From contig URYX01000001.1 in assembly GCA_900552225.1 (NCBI GenBank), positions 1 through 47,268 of the forward strand: 47,268 bases of DNA, written 5' to 3'. A program made the position numbers and the translations under genes. The notes below the pieces were generated by a model that did not search any database, was not told where the DNA came from, and saw only the letters and a list, made by a program, of their open reading frames with translations. Shown one piece after another: positions 26,560 through 35,914 of the stretch. Position 1 is the first letter of the stretch. Each line of letters begins with the position of its first letter. The DNA comes from an uncultured Oscillospiraceae bacterium. GTDB taxonomy: Bacteria; Bacillota; Clostridia; Oscillospirales; Acutalibacteraceae.

Positions 26560-27639
26560 ATGGAACATACCATTGCGTTTCCCGGGCTCGGACTGGAGTT
26601 CTCCCTTCCGGACACCGTGGTGCAGTTTTCAATCGGGGATGCCACGTTTACCATAAAATGGTACGGGGTAATGATCGCGCTCGGCTTTCTGCTGGCGGCG
26701 CTGTATGCCTATAAGCGGGCGCCGCAGTTCGGAATCGACCGGGACCGCATGTTTGACGTGGTGCTGGTGTGTACGCTGCTCGCGTTTGTCGGCGCCCGCC
26801 TGTATTTTGTGCTGTTTTCGGAAAGCCGCGATGAGTATTTTGCCAATCCGGTCGCAATCCTGCAGATCTGGAAGGGCGGACTCGGCATCTACGGCGGACT
26901 GCTGGCCGCCTTCCTCAGCGGACTTTGGATGTGCCGCGTGCGGAAGGTCAATACCCTTGCCATGTTCGATCTGGCCTCGCTCGGCTTTCTGATCGGACAG
27001 GGCATCGGCCGCTGGGGCAACTTCTTCAATCAGGAGGCCTACGGCCGCAACACCACGCTGCCGTGGGGCATGACCGGCGACATGATCCGCTCGGGCATCC
27101 ATGCCACGGCGGACTACGACCGGACGCTGCCGGTGCACCCGACGTTCCTGTACGAGTCCCTGTGGTGCCTGCTCGGCTTCCTGCTGCTGCACTGGCTCTC
27201 CAGGAAATTCTATAAATTCAAGGGCGAAATTTTCGCCTCCTATCTGATTTGGTACGGCTTCGGCCGCTTCTTCATCGAGGGCCTCCGGATCGACAGCCTG
27301 TATTTCGGCTCGATGCGCGTGTCGCAGCTGGTGGCGGTGCTGGCCGTGCTCGGCGGCGTGGTGCTGCTGTTCGTGCTGCATGCCCGCCAGAACCGGCTGC
27401 CGGAGACTCTGCCCGCCGACGGTGCACCGACGGTGGAGCTGGAGCCGATGGCCGGGGAATCCGCGACGGCCGACGCCGATACCGATGCCGACGGCGATAC
27501 GGACGCGGACACCGACGCGGAGACGGACGGGGAGCCGGAGGCTGCCCCGGAGAGCAGTGAATCGGCCCCGGAAAGCGATGCTCCCGCAGAGGAGAACGGC
27601 AGCACAGCGGAGGAGACGGCCGATGGCGATGTACATTGA
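26560..27639 (+). CDS. lgt: Prolipoprotein diacylglyceryl transferase with ~80-aa acidic low-complexity C-terminal tail
   Basis: [14 protein letters not shown]..., [48 protein letters not shown] are typical Lgt blocks. ATG 26560 follows AAAAGAGG. Tail [56 protein letters not shown]. Confidence 0.9.
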   Translation: MEHTIAFPGLGLEFSLPDTVVQFSIGDATFTIKWYGVMIALGFLLAALYAYKRAPQFGIDRDRMFDVVLVCTLLAFVGARLYFVLFSESRDEYFANPVAILQIWKGGLGIYGGLLAAFLSGLWMCRVRKVNTLAMFDLASLGFLIGQGIGRWGNFFNQEAYGRNTTLPWGMTGDMIRSGIHATADYDRTLPVHPTFLYESLWCLLGFLLLHWLSRKFYKFKGEIFASYLIWYGFGRFFIEGLRIDSLYFGSMRVSQLVAVLAVLGGVVLLFVLHARQNRLPETLPADGAPTVELEPMAGESATADADTDADGDTDADTDAETDGEPEAAPESSESAPESDAPAEENGSTAEETADGDVH

Positions 27640-28495
27640 CGGCAAAGCCATCGCCGCGGCCCTGCGCCGCGAGCTGAAGGAGGAGACGGCGGCCCTGCGC
27701 AGCGCCGGAATCGTTCCGGCGCTTGCGGTCATCCTCGTGGGGGACGACCCCGCCTCGCAGGTCTATGTCCGCAATAAAAAACGCGCGTGCGAGGAGATCG
27801 GCATCTACTCGGAGGAGTACCACCTGCCGGCCGCTACACGGGAGCGGGACCTGCTCGACCTGATCTGCACGCTGAATGAGCGGCCGGAGCTGGACGGCAT
27901 CCTGTGCCAGCTCCCGCTGCCGCAGCCGCTGTCCGACCGGGCCGTGATTGCGGCCATCGACCCCGCCAAGGACGTCGATGCCTTCCACGCCTTCAACGTG
28001 GGGCACATCGTGAGCGGAGACTACACCTTCCTGCCCTGTACCCCCGCCGGCGTGATGGAGCTGCTGCACCGCAGCGGTGTGACCGTGGAGGGAAAGCACT
28101 GCGTTGTGGTGGGGCGCAGCAACATCGTCGGCAAGCCGATGGCACTGCTGCTGCTGCACGAAAACGGAACGGTGACGGTCTGTCACTCCAAAACCCCGGA
28201 CCTGGCGGAGGTGTGCCGCACGGCGGATATCCTGGTGTGCGCCGTCGGCCGCGCCGGGCTGATTACGGCGGATATGGTGAAGCCGGGAGCCGTCGTGATC
28301 GACGTCGGGATGAACCGGGACGCCGAGGGCCGCCTGTGCGGCGACGTGGACACTGCCTCCGTGGCGGAGGTGGCCTCGATGATTACCCCGGTGCCCGGCG
28401 GCGTGGGGCCGATGACCATTGCCATGCTGATGAAAAATACCGTGACGGCGGCCGAGCGCCGCGCAGCGGCCGCACAGAGCCGCCCGAAGCCGTAA
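27623..28495 (+). CDS. folD: Bifunctional methylenetetrahydrofolate dehydrogenase/cyclohydrolase
   Basis: [21 protein letters not shown]..., [65 protein letters not shown]. The ATG follows GGAGGAG. The tracked start at 27380 is an artefact. Overlaps the lgt 3' end by 17 nt. Confidence 0.9.
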   Translation: MAMYIDGKAIAAALRRELKEETAALRSAGIVPALAVILVGDDPASQVYVRNKKRACEEIGIYSEEYHLPAATRERDLLDLICTLNERPELDGILCQLPLPQPLSDRAVIAAIDPAKDVDAFHAFNVGHIVSGDYTFLPCTPAGVMELLHRSGVTVEGKHCVVVGRSNIVGKPMALLLLHENGTVTVCHSKTPDLAEVCRTADILVCAVGRAGLITADMVKPGAVVIDVGMNRDAEGRLCGDVDTASVAEVASMITPVPGGVGPMTIAMLMKNTVTAAERRAAAAQSRPKP

Positions 28496-28591
28496 GAGAA
28501 CACACAGCCTCCGCAGGGGTTTTCCTGCGGAGGCAACTCCTTTCCGGATTCGGAAGCTCTCCGAAAATCCGGAAAAGCGCAGAAAAAGGTC

Positions 28592-28620
28592 TTGACAAGC
28601 CGTCCTCTGCGTGCTATAAT
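28592..28620 (+). promoter_or_regulatory. Consensus promoter for tRNA-Gly (TTGACA-17-TATAAT with TGn extension)
   Basis: cTTGACAagccgtcctctgcgTGcTATAAT, 14 nt upstream of the tRNA 5' end. Confidence 0.8.
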
Positions 28621-28633
28621 AGCACCTGTTCCT

Positions 28634-28709
28634 GCGGCTTTAGCTCATCTGGTAGAGCGCCACCTTGCCAAGGTGGAGGTAGCGAGTTCGAGCCTCGTAA
28701 GCCGCTCCA
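28634..28709 (+). tRNA. tRNA-Gly (anticodon GCC), CCA encoded
   Basis: Cloverleaf folded by hand: acceptor GCGGCTT/AAGCCGC, D stem GCTC/GAGC, anticodon stem CCACC/GGTGG with loop TTGCCAA, T stem GCGAG/CTCGT, loop TTCGAGC. 76 nt. Confidence 0.92.
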
Positions 28710-28716
28710 AAACAAA

Positions 28717-28750
28717 CGGCAGGTGTCCTTGCAACACCTGCCGTTTTTCT
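28717..28750. terminator. Intrinsic terminator after tRNA-Gly, probably also serving the convergent DUF1836 gene
   Basis: CGGCAGGTGT-ccttgca-ACACCTGCCG followed by TTTTTCTTTTTG. Confidence 0.8.
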
Positions 28751-28778
28751 TTTTGTTTTGTTGCCCGCCCTGTCTGCT

Positions 28779-29354
28779 TTAATGCGTGCCGTCCTCGGCG
28801 GGGAACAGGCCAGGCAGATTGGTCAGCTTGACGGTCAGCAGCTTGTACAGCACGGAGTTGACGGCGCTGTGCAGTACCAGATCGGTGCAGCCCTGCGCAT
28901 TGCCCTCCGCCAGCTCCTGATCCGCCACCGCGTCCACCTGCGTGATAAAGGTCTGCGTGGCGGCCGAGACCCGCGCCGTAAAGGCATTGTACATGACCCT
29001 GACAGCCTCCTCGTCCAGCTCGGACGGCAGAATCTTCGGAATCTCGGTGAGCGCCATGCTCTGCTTGAGGGTGCAGATCATGAGCACATACGCGAGATGC
29101 CGGCGGCTGTAGCGCTTTTTGACCGGGGCCGGCATCACCTTGAGCCGCACATAATTGTTGATGCTGCTGGCGGTCACCAGGGGGTTGCTCTCGTCCTGGG
29201 GAATCAGCTCCAGATAGCGGCATACCAGCGTGACCACCTGGTCGATATAGAGCTCCATATCCGGCAGATGATCCCAATCCGGGAGAGAATAGTGCTGCAT
29301 ATACGTGCGCCAGCGATCCAGCTTTTGACGGTAGAGCGTTTGAGTTTCGGTCAT
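28779..29354 (-). CDS. DUF1836-family protein (family name from memory), divergent from degV
   Basis: LPDWDHLPDMELYIDQVVTLVCRYLE...SSINNYVRLKVMPAPVKKRYSRRHLAYVLMICTLKQ resembles DUF1836 proteins, which I recall commonly neighbour DegV genes. Confidence 0.65.
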   Translation of the reverse strand: MTETQTLYRQKLDRWRTYMQHYSLPDWDHLPDMELYIDQVVTLVCRYLELIPQDESNPLVTASSINNYVRLKVMPAPVKKRYSRRHLAYVLMICTLKQSMALTEIPKILPSELDEEAVRVMYNAFTARVSAATQTFITQVDAVADQELAEGNAQGCTDLVLHSAVNSVLYKLLTVKLTNLPGLFPAEDGTH

Positions 29355-29548
29355 CGGGCATTCCTCCGGACAGCCGACGGGCGGTCGGCCGATTCATTTC
29401 CTGTATTGTAACACGGTTTTTCGGGGTGCGCAAGGCGGGCCGCGTGAAAGTTCACGGTTTATTCATATAAATTACGTTTTATTGTAACATAAATCGTGTA
29501 TGATAATATCATATATTAGATTATACCCCATGGAAGGAGACGGTCACC

Positions 29549-30418
29549 ATGTCATTTGCCGTATATACTGACAGCTGCTCCAATTTACCGGGTGCTCTGC
29601 TGCATTCGCTGGACATCCGTGTGATGCCCTGTACGTATAGGATTGACGGAGAAACGGTTTCTTATAGCGGAGACATCGACCATTTTGATGCCAGGCAGCA
29701 TTACGACTGGCTGCGCGAGGGGAAAAGCATCACCACCTCACTGACCAACGCCTACACCTTTGAGGAGGCGTTCCGCCCTGCCCTGGAGCAGGGGCTCGAC
29801 GTGTTGTATGTCGGATTGTCCGGCGGAATCAGCGGTACCTACCGTTCGTCGGTGATGGCGGCGGAGGAGCTGCGGGAGGAGTTCCCGGAGCGCAAAATCC
29901 TGACGGTGGATTCGCTGGGAGCCGGACTCGGCACCGGGCTGCTGGCCTGCCGCGCGGCGGATCTGCGTGCCGAGGGGCGCGGAATCGGGGAGACGGCACA
30001 GGCGCTCGAAAAGATGACGGAGGGCCTCTGCGAATTTTTCACGGTGGATTCGCTGCACTATCTGCACCGTTCCGGCCGCATCGGCGTGGCCACGGCGGCC
30101 CTGGGGACGGTGCTCAACATCCGCCCGCTGCTGCGCGGCGATGAGGAGGGCCATATCGTCAGCTGCGGAAAATTCCGCGGGCGCGCCAAGGCCGTGGATG
30201 CCATGGTGCAGAAATACGCCGACCTGGCCGTGGAGCCGGAGCGGCAGCGCGTCGCCATCTCGCACGGAGACTGCGCGGAGGAGGCCGAGCAGCTGGCGGA
30301 GCGCATCCGCGCCGTGGCGGCCCCGAGGGAGCTGATCGTCTGCCCGCATGAGCCGTTTACCGGCTCTCATGTCGGGCCGGGAATGCTGGCGCTGTTCTTT
30401 TTCGGCCGCCACCGTTGA
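29549..30418 (+). CDS. DegV-family fatty-acid-binding protein
   Basis: MSFAVYTDSCSNLP..., ITTSLTN, LYVGLSGGISGTY, FFTVDSLHYLHRSGRIG, ISHGDCAEEAE: typical DegV pattern. RBS GGAAGGAGA. Confidence 0.9.
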   Translation: MSFAVYTDSCSNLPGALLHSLDIRVMPCTYRIDGETVSYSGDIDHFDARQHYDWLREGKSITTSLTNAYTFEEAFRPALEQGLDVLYVGLSGGISGTYRSSVMAAEELREEFPERKILTVDSLGAGLGTGLLACRAADLRAEGRGIGETAQALEKMTEGLCEFFTVDSLHYLHRSGRIGVATAALGTVLNIRPLLRGDEEGHIVSCGKFRGRAKAVDAMVQKYADLAVEPERQRVAISHGDCAEEAEQLAERIRAVAAPRELIVCPHEPFTGSHVGPGMLALFFFGRHR

Positions 30419-30658
30419 GCACTGCCGGTACGCCTCTTACATTTGAGAAAGCCATCCGGGCTCCGTCGCTGCTTCGGCAGGACGGCGCAGGGATCGGCCT
30501 TGCGCCCCTTTGTTCGCCATGCGTTCAGGCCTGCCCCGTCGGGGCCCGCGCCGCTGAAACACGCGGCTTGCCGAAAGCCCTCGACCGGAAACGGGGAAAT
30601 TTGCCGTTTCCGAAACGCTTGTCCCCCGATTGCGCTGTCTGTCTATACCGATATATTC

Positions 30659-30714
30659 AAAAAGCCGGCCATCCGGGCGGGGAGCTTTCTCCCTGCCCGG
30701 ATGGCCGGCTTTTT
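30659..30714. terminator. Bidirectional intrinsic terminator (degV / ddl convergent pair)
   Basis: AAAAAGCCGGCCATCCGGGC...GCCCGGATGGCCGGCTTTTT: 15-bp perfect stem with an A-run and a T-run. Confidence 0.85.
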
Positions 30715-30728
30715 GACGTATCCGTGTC

Positions 30729-31919
30729 TTATTTCTTGCCCGTGGCCAGCCCTGCGGCGGCTCCCGCAAGCAGATTGGTCTCATAGCTGAAGGTGAGCTG
30801 CGCGCGCTCCCGCTGCCGCTTGAAGGCCAGCGCAAGCATGCGGTCGAGCAGCGCGGCAAAGGGGATGCCGGTGGCCTCCCACAGATAGAAGGAGAGAGAG
30901 CCCGGGATTGTGTTGATTTCGTTGACCCACAGCTCGCCGGTCTCGCGGTCGTTTAGGAAATCAATGCGGGAGACACCGAGGCAGCCGAGCGCCCGGAAGG
31001 TCCGGACGGCGAGCTCCTGTACACGCTCGGTCATGCCGTCCGGCAGCTCCGCCGGGCAGCGGCGCTTGAGGTCGCTCATGCCGCCCTGCTTGCTGCCCTT
31101 GCCGCTCTTGCCGCCGGAGAGGTATTTGTCCTGATAGCTGAGAATGTCTCCGGCTCCGATCGGCTCCTCACAGACGGAGGGAATCGCCTCCTCGCGGTCC
31201 CCGAGCACGGCGCAGTTGATTTCGCGCAGATGCTCCACGGCACGCTCCACCAGTACACGCGGCGCAAAGCCGATGGCCTGCTGCAGAGAGGCGCGCAGCG
31301 CCTCCCGGTCGGAGGCCTTGGAGATGCCGACCGAGGAGCCGAGGTTGACCGGCTTGACGATGACGGGATAGCCGAACTGCCGCTCGATGCGGTCAAGCGC
31401 CGCGTCGGGCTCCTCCGCATATTCCGGCCCGGTCAGGGTGAGCGCGTCGAGGACGGGAATGCCTGCCTCCCTCAGGACGGATTTCATATAGGCCTTATCC
31501 ATGCCGAGCGCGGAGGACATCAGATCGCAGGAGGCATAGGGGACGTCGAGCATCTCCAGAAAGCCCATCAGCGTGCCGTCCTCCACGTTGGTGCCGTGGA
31601 CCACGGGCAGCGCCACGTCAAATGCCGCCACGGTGTTGTCCCCGAACTTCTTCATCGGAAAGCGCACCAGCTGCACCCCGCCGGCGCTGCGCACCGGCAG
31701 CACACGGGTGGCGGCGGCGAGACAGGCCTCCAGATCGCGGTAGGAGGCGATGTCGCCCATGTGCTCGCCCGTATACCAGTCGTTCTGCTTGGAGATATAC
31801 AGCGGAATCACGTCGTATTTTTCGCGGTCGAGCGCGGCGAAGGCCTGCAGCCCCGAGATAATGGAAACCTCGTGCTCCACGCTTTTTCCGCCGAAGATGA
31901 CGGCTACTCTGGTTTTCAT
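30729..31919 (-). CDS. ddl: D-alanine--D-alanine ligase (long form)
   Basis: MKTRVAVIFGGKSVEHEVSIISG..., PVVHGTNVEDGTLMGFLE, YPVIVKPVNLGSSVGISKA, SRIDFL...WVNEINTIPG. The omega-loop ILSYQDKY retains Tyr. Confidence 0.9.
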   Translation of the reverse strand: MKTRVAVIFGGKSVEHEVSIISGLQAFAALDREKYDVIPLYISKQNDWYTGEHMGDIASYRDLEACLAAATRVLPVRSAGGVQLVRFPMKKFGDNTVAAFDVALPVVHGTNVEDGTLMGFLEMLDVPYASCDLMSSALGMDKAYMKSVLREAGIPVLDALTLTGPEYAEEPDAALDRIERQFGYPVIVKPVNLGSSVGISKASDREALRASLQQAIGFAPRVLVERAVEHLREINCAVLGDREEAIPSVCEEPIGAGDILSYQDKYLSGGKSGKGSKQGGMSDLKRRCPAELPDGMTERVQELAVRTFRALGCLGVSRIDFLNDRETGELWVNEINTIPGSLSFYLWEATGIPFAALLDRMLALAFKRQRERAQLTFSYETNLLAGAAAGLATGKK

Positions 31920-31969
31920 AAGCTAAGACCCCTTTGTGTCAGAATAGGCCTCCGGTGTCCGGAAGGACT

Positions 31970-33532
31970 TCAGTTGTAATTGTCGGGCAGGTCGTTTTCG
32001 AGCAGCACCGTGCGCGGCCCCTCGTTCGGGAGGGCGGCGACGTGCCGGAGTGCCTCCTGCAACGAGGATGCCACAAAAATCCGCTCGGCGGGGAAGCCCG
32101 CCCCCCGCAGCCCCTTTTCAAGCGGCGGGGCCTGCCGCTCCCCGACCAGCACCGCATAGTCGCAGCGCTGCGCCGCATAGGCTCCGAGCTCCTCGTTCAG
32201 CGCCTCCTGGCGCTCTCCGAGCTCCACCATGCCGGGAGTGACCAGCACCCGCTGCCCCGGGAAGCCGGACAGCGCATCCAGCGCGGAGCGGAAGCCGGCC
32301 GGATTGGAGTTGAAGGCATCGTCGATGAAGCCGTTCGGCAGCAGCTGCAGCCGATGGGGCACCGCCTGCAACAGACTCGTCGGATAGACCAGCTTTTTCA
32401 GCGGAATACCGAGCGTATGGCACAGGGCAATGCAGCCGAGCAGGTTCTGAATGTTGTGCGCACCGAGCAGGCGCGTGGTAAAGGTGCAGTGCTCGCCGTC
32501 GGGTGCAATCACGGTAAACCGGCTGCCGTCGCGCCCGACGGTGATGTCCGCGGCGCGGTAGTCGGCCGTGCTGTCCGCGGCCACACCGTAGGAGACGGTG
32601 CGCGTGTTCGTGACGGGATGCGCGGCAATGTACGGGTTGTCGGTGTTGAGGCAGAGAAAGCCGTCCGCGGGGAGAGCCTCCGCCAGCTCGAACTTTGTGC
32701 GGATGATATTCTCCACCGAGCCGAAGCTCTCGAGGTGCTGCTCTCCGATGGAGGTGAGAATACCGTACTGCGGATGCACAATGTCGCAGATTTCGCGGAT
32801 CTCTCCGACGTTTTTGGCCCCCATCTCCGCGATAAAAATCTCGTGGGTGGGGAGCAGCCGCTCGCGCACGGTGCGGACAACGCCCATGGTGGTGTTGTAG
32901 CTCTCCGGCGTCATCAGCACGTTGTACCGGGTGGACAGCAGCGCCTGCAGAAACACCTTCGTGCTGGTCTTGCCGTAGCTTCCGGTGATGCCGATGACGC
33001 GCAGGTTCTTCTGCTCCCGCAGGCGCCGCCGCGCATCGTCCACAAAATGCTGCGCAATGGCGCGCTCAATCGGTGCGTTGAATGCATTCGCGGCCGGCAC
33101 CAGCAGAAACACGGCACACAGCCATACGGCACACAGCAGGAGCTGCGCCCCGACGGGAGAGAGCAGCACGGCGGCGGCCAGCAGCACCGCGAAGCCGCCG
33201 AGCGTCATCAGCATCCGGCGGACACGCCAGGTCAGGACGAGCGGCTTTTTGGCCTTTTGCGGCAGCGCCCCGATCAGGCCGACCGCAATGCCGCAGAAGG
33301 CCACCGTCCAGGAGGCCGGCAGCCGTCCGAAATGGGACAGCACGGCGGCGACGATCAGCGCGGCGGCATTCAGCAGCCGCGAAATCGGGAACACCCGCCG
33401 GGGATGCTCCCGGCACCACCGGGCATAGTGTGCGTTTTGATAGGATTCCAACTGCAGCATGTGCAAAAAGGACAGGCTCTGCAGCAGGGACTGCAGCAGC
33501 ACCGTGATCAGCAGGCAGCAGGAAAGCAGCAT
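31970..33532 (-). CDS. murF: MurF-like Mur ligase (UDP-MurNAc-tripeptide--D-Ala-D-Ala ligase) with an N-terminal polytopic membrane region in place of the usual N-domain
   Basis: From residue ~170: VIGITGSYGKTSTK, NTTMGVV, EMGAKNVGEI, HLESFGS, GAHNIQN, DDAFNSNP are collinear with MurF. The first ~165 aa are 4-5 hydrophobic helices (LLSCCLLITVLLQSLL, LLNAAALIVAAVL, VAFCGIAVGLIGAL, LMTLGGFAVLLAAAVLL, LLLCAVWLCAVFLLV). Confidence 0.8.
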   Translation of the reverse strand: MLLSCCLLITVLLQSLLQSLSFLHMLQLESYQNAHYARWCREHPRRVFPISRLLNAAALIVAAVLSHFGRLPASWTVAFCGIAVGLIGALPQKAKKPLVLTWRVRRMLMTLGGFAVLLAAAVLLSPVGAQLLLCAVWLCAVFLLVPAANAFNAPIERAIAQHFVDDARRRLREQKNLRVIGITGSYGKTSTKVFLQALLSTRYNVLMTPESYNTTMGVVRTVRERLLPTHEIFIAEMGAKNVGEIREICDIVHPQYGILTSIGEQHLESFGSVENIIRTKFELAEALPADGFLCLNTDNPYIAAHPVTNTRTVSYGVAADSTADYRAADITVGRDGSRFTVIAPDGEHCTFTTRLLGAHNIQNLLGCIALCHTLGIPLKKLVYPTSLLQAVPHRLQLLPNGFIDDAFNSNPAGFRSALDALSGFPGQRVLVTPGMVELGERQEALNEELGAYAAQRCDYAVLVGERQAPPLEKGLRGAGFPAERIFVASSLQEALRHVAALPNEGPRTVLLENDLPDNYN

Positions 33533-33560
33533 AGTAACACCTCAATCCACAGAAAATGGG

Positions 33561-34325
33561 TCAGCCGGGGAGGAACGAATCGAGCACGGCGCGGCACTGC
33601 GGCCATTGCTCGGCAAATGCGAAGTGACCGCCCTTCAGCACGACCAGCCCTGCATCGGGAATTCGCTGCTCCATGAGCTTGGCATCCGCCAGGGGGGTGT
33701 CCTCGTCATCCTCCCCCCAGATCAGCAGGGTGGAGGCGGCAATGCGCGGCAGACGGTCGCTCAGGTCGGAGTTGACGAGCCGCACCAGCGTCTGCCGCAT
33801 CCGCTCGTCGGCCCGCTGGTAATCCGCCGAGCCGAAATGCGCCTTGGCGCGGGCCTCAAGCTCTGGCCAGAGCCTGCGCACGGGTGCCAGCGTGACAAAC
33901 CGCTTGGCGGCCTTGTAGCTGTAGACCCGTACATACCAGCCGAAGCCGTGCTTCGGCCGGATGCCGGCCGAGTCGATCAGCACCGCCTGCCCGGCGGGCA
34001 GCGCCGGCGGCGTCTCCGAGAGAAGATACAGCAGAATGCGGCCGCCGTTGGAATGCCCCATGACGACCTCCGGCCGCACTCCGACGGCCTCCAGAAAGTG
34101 CCGCACAAAGGCGGCATACTCCTCGACCCCCCACGGCGCGGGCGGCTGTTCGCTGCCGCCGAAGCCGGGCAGATCGGGTGCTATGATGCGGAACCGCGCG
34201 GAAAGATGGTCGAGAATCAGGTGATAGGTGGCGGCTTCGGTTCCCCAGCCGTGCAGAAACAGAAGCGGGCGCCCTTCGCCGCGGTCCTGATACCGGATGC
34301 TCAGGCCGTCCACGGTGATCTGCAT
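33561..34325 (-). CDS. Alpha/beta-fold hydrolase
   Basis: LLFLHGWG, nucleophile elbow VMGHSNGG, LLIWGEDDEDTP, GGHFAF. Confidence 0.8.
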   Translation of the reverse strand: MQITVDGLSIRYQDRGEGRPLLFLHGWGTEAATYHLILDHLSARFRIIAPDLPGFGGSEQPPAPWGVEEYAAFVRHFLEAVGVRPEVVMGHSNGGRILLYLLSETPPALPAGQAVLIDSAGIRPKHGFGWYVRVYSYKAAKRFVTLAPVRRLWPELEARAKAHFGSADYQRADERMRQTLVRLVNSDLSDRLPRIAASTLLIWGEDDEDTPLADAKLMEQRIPDAGLVVLKGGHFAFAEQWPQCRAVLDSFLPG

Positions 34326-34349
34326 GGAAATTCCTCCTCGGTGCGGCGG

Positions 34350-35234
34350 TCAGCCGGTATAGGTGGTGACGGTAATGCTCTGGATGGTGACGGCCTCGGT
34401 GGGCTTGCTGTTCTTGTCCACGGCAACGGCCGCAATGGCATCGACCACGTCCATGCCGTCAAACACCTGCCCGAACACGGTGTGTCCGCCGCCCCAGCGC
34501 CAGGCCCCGTCCAGATGGATGTTGCCGCCGGTCTTGGCGTAGAGATCCCATACCTCCTCCGGCACCCACTTGGCAATGGGCGTGAGGCTTGCCTTGGCGT
34601 AGCTGACCAGGTTCGGATACTCGGAGGTGAACTGGCTGCCGTACTTTTTGACGTAAGCGTCATAGTACAGCTTGATATTCCGCATCATCGCGGTGTAGTC
34701 GAAGGCCTCCTTGCCCTTGAACTGCGAAGCGGGAGACTGGTTGATGAAAAACTGGGAGCCGTTGGTGTTCGTGCCGCTGTTGGCCATGGCGAGCGAGCCG
34801 CGCAGATTCATCAGCTTCTGATCGAACTCGTCCTCAAACGCCTTGCCCCAGATGCTCTCGCCTTCGCTGCCGGTGCCCTTCGGGTCACCGCCCTGGATCA
34901 TGAAATTCTGGATGACGCGGTGGAAGGTCAGTCCGTCGTAATAGCCGTTCTGCGCATGGGTCACAAAGTTTTTCACAGCCTTCGGCGCCGCCTCGGGGAA
35001 GAAACGGATGGAGATATCTCCGAGCGAGGTGTGCATCACGGCAATGGTCTCACCGACAGCCGGCGGCTCCAGCTGGAAGCCGTAGGCGCGGTCGGGATAG
35101 GCCGTGCCCACTCCGTTTTGCGGCTCGTCGGGAATGTCGGTAAACGAGGAGTTGGAGGGGTCGGCGTCCTTGCTGCAGGCGCAGAGAGAGACCGCCATGC
35201 ACAGCCCGAGAAGCAGGCAGAGTATGCGTTTCAT
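34350..35234 (-). CDS. Cyclophilin-type peptidyl-prolyl isomerase, lipoprotein, with internal insertion
   Basis: Lipobox LLLGLCMAVSLCACSKD. Cyclophilin blocks [45 protein letters not shown]. About 65 aa are inserted between the last two blocks. Confidence 0.9.
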   Translation of the reverse strand: MKRILCLLLGLCMAVSLCACSKDADPSNSSFTDIPDEPQNGVGTAYPDRAYGFQLEPPAVGETIAVMHTSLGDISIRFFPEAAPKAVKNFVTHAQNGYYDGLTFHRVIQNFMIQGGDPKGTGSEGESIWGKAFEDEFDQKLMNLRGSLAMANSGTNTNGSQFFINQSPASQFKGKEAFDYTAMMRNIKLYYDAYVKKYGSQFTSEYPNLVSYAKASLTPIAKWVPEEVWDLYAKTGGNIHLDGAWRWGGGHTVFGQVFDGMDVVDAIAAVAVDKNSKPTEAVTIQSITVTTYTG

Positions 35235-35314
35235 TGAAATACTTCCTTTCCGGATACGGTACCTGCGCCCGGCGGGCGGCAGGAGGGTGGCTGCGGCACG
35301 AGGGGCCGCTCCGC

Positions 35315-35914
35315 TTATTCGACGGTACGGATATCGATGCTGTTGACGGTGACGGGGGTGAGCGGCTTGTCGCTGCGGTCTACCTCCACCGCGGCGATGG
35401 CATCGACCACATCCATGCCGTCGAATACCTGCCCGAACACGGTGTGACGGAAATCGAGGTGCGGCGTTCCGCCGACCTCGGCATAGGCATCGGTCACCTC
35501 GTCCGGATAACCGCGGTCGCTCAGCGCACGCATCTGACCGATCAGGCGCTCATCCACGGCGGGAGCCTGTACGATAAAGAACTGGGAGCCGTTGGTGTTC
35601 GGACCGGCATTGGCCATGGACAATGCCCCGCGGAAATTGCGCAGCTCCACCGTGCATTCGTCCTCAAACGAGTGCCCCCAGATGCTTTCGCCGCCGCAGC
35701 CCGTTCCGGTCGGGTCGCCGCCCTGGATCATAAAGCCGTCGATGACGCGGTGAAAGGTCAGCCCGTCATAATAGCCGTTTTTCGCGTGGGTGACGAAATT
35801 CTCCACCGTTTTCGGGGCATACTGCGGAAACAGCCGCAGGGAAATATCTCCGAGCGAGGTGTGCATTACGGCAACGGTCTCGCCGGACCTCGGGGTCTCT
35901 AACTGATGATACAT
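35315..35914 (-). CDS. Cyclophilin-type peptidyl-prolyl isomerase, cytoplasmic
   Basis: [60 protein letters not shown]. No signal peptide. Confidence 0.9.
   Translation of the reverse strand: MYHQLETPRSGETVAVMHTSLGDISLRLFPQYAPKTVENFVTHAKNGYYDGLTFHRVIDGFMIQGGDPTGTGCGGESIWGHSFEDECTVELRNFRGALSMANAGPNTNGSQFFIVQAPAVDERLIGQMRALSDRGYPDEVTDAYAEVGGTPHLDFRHTVFGQVFDGMDVVDAIAAVEVDRSDKPLTPVTVNSIDIRTVE

Noticed and set aside
30415-30786. 123-aa ORF (and the 115-aa ORF in another frame) in the degV-ddl spacer
   Set aside because: It has no RBS, an Arg/Pro/Ala/Cys-rich composition, runs through the terminator hairpin and overlaps the ddl 3' end. The region is treated as non-coding (see the 30419..30658 finding).
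34350-35914. Two tandem cyclophilin genes next to proS as a 'proline' functional cluster
   Set aside because: A lipoprotein plus cytoplasmic cyclophilin pair is common in Gram-positives. Adjacency to proS is most simply coincidence. It is mentioned only as context for the AcnX finding.
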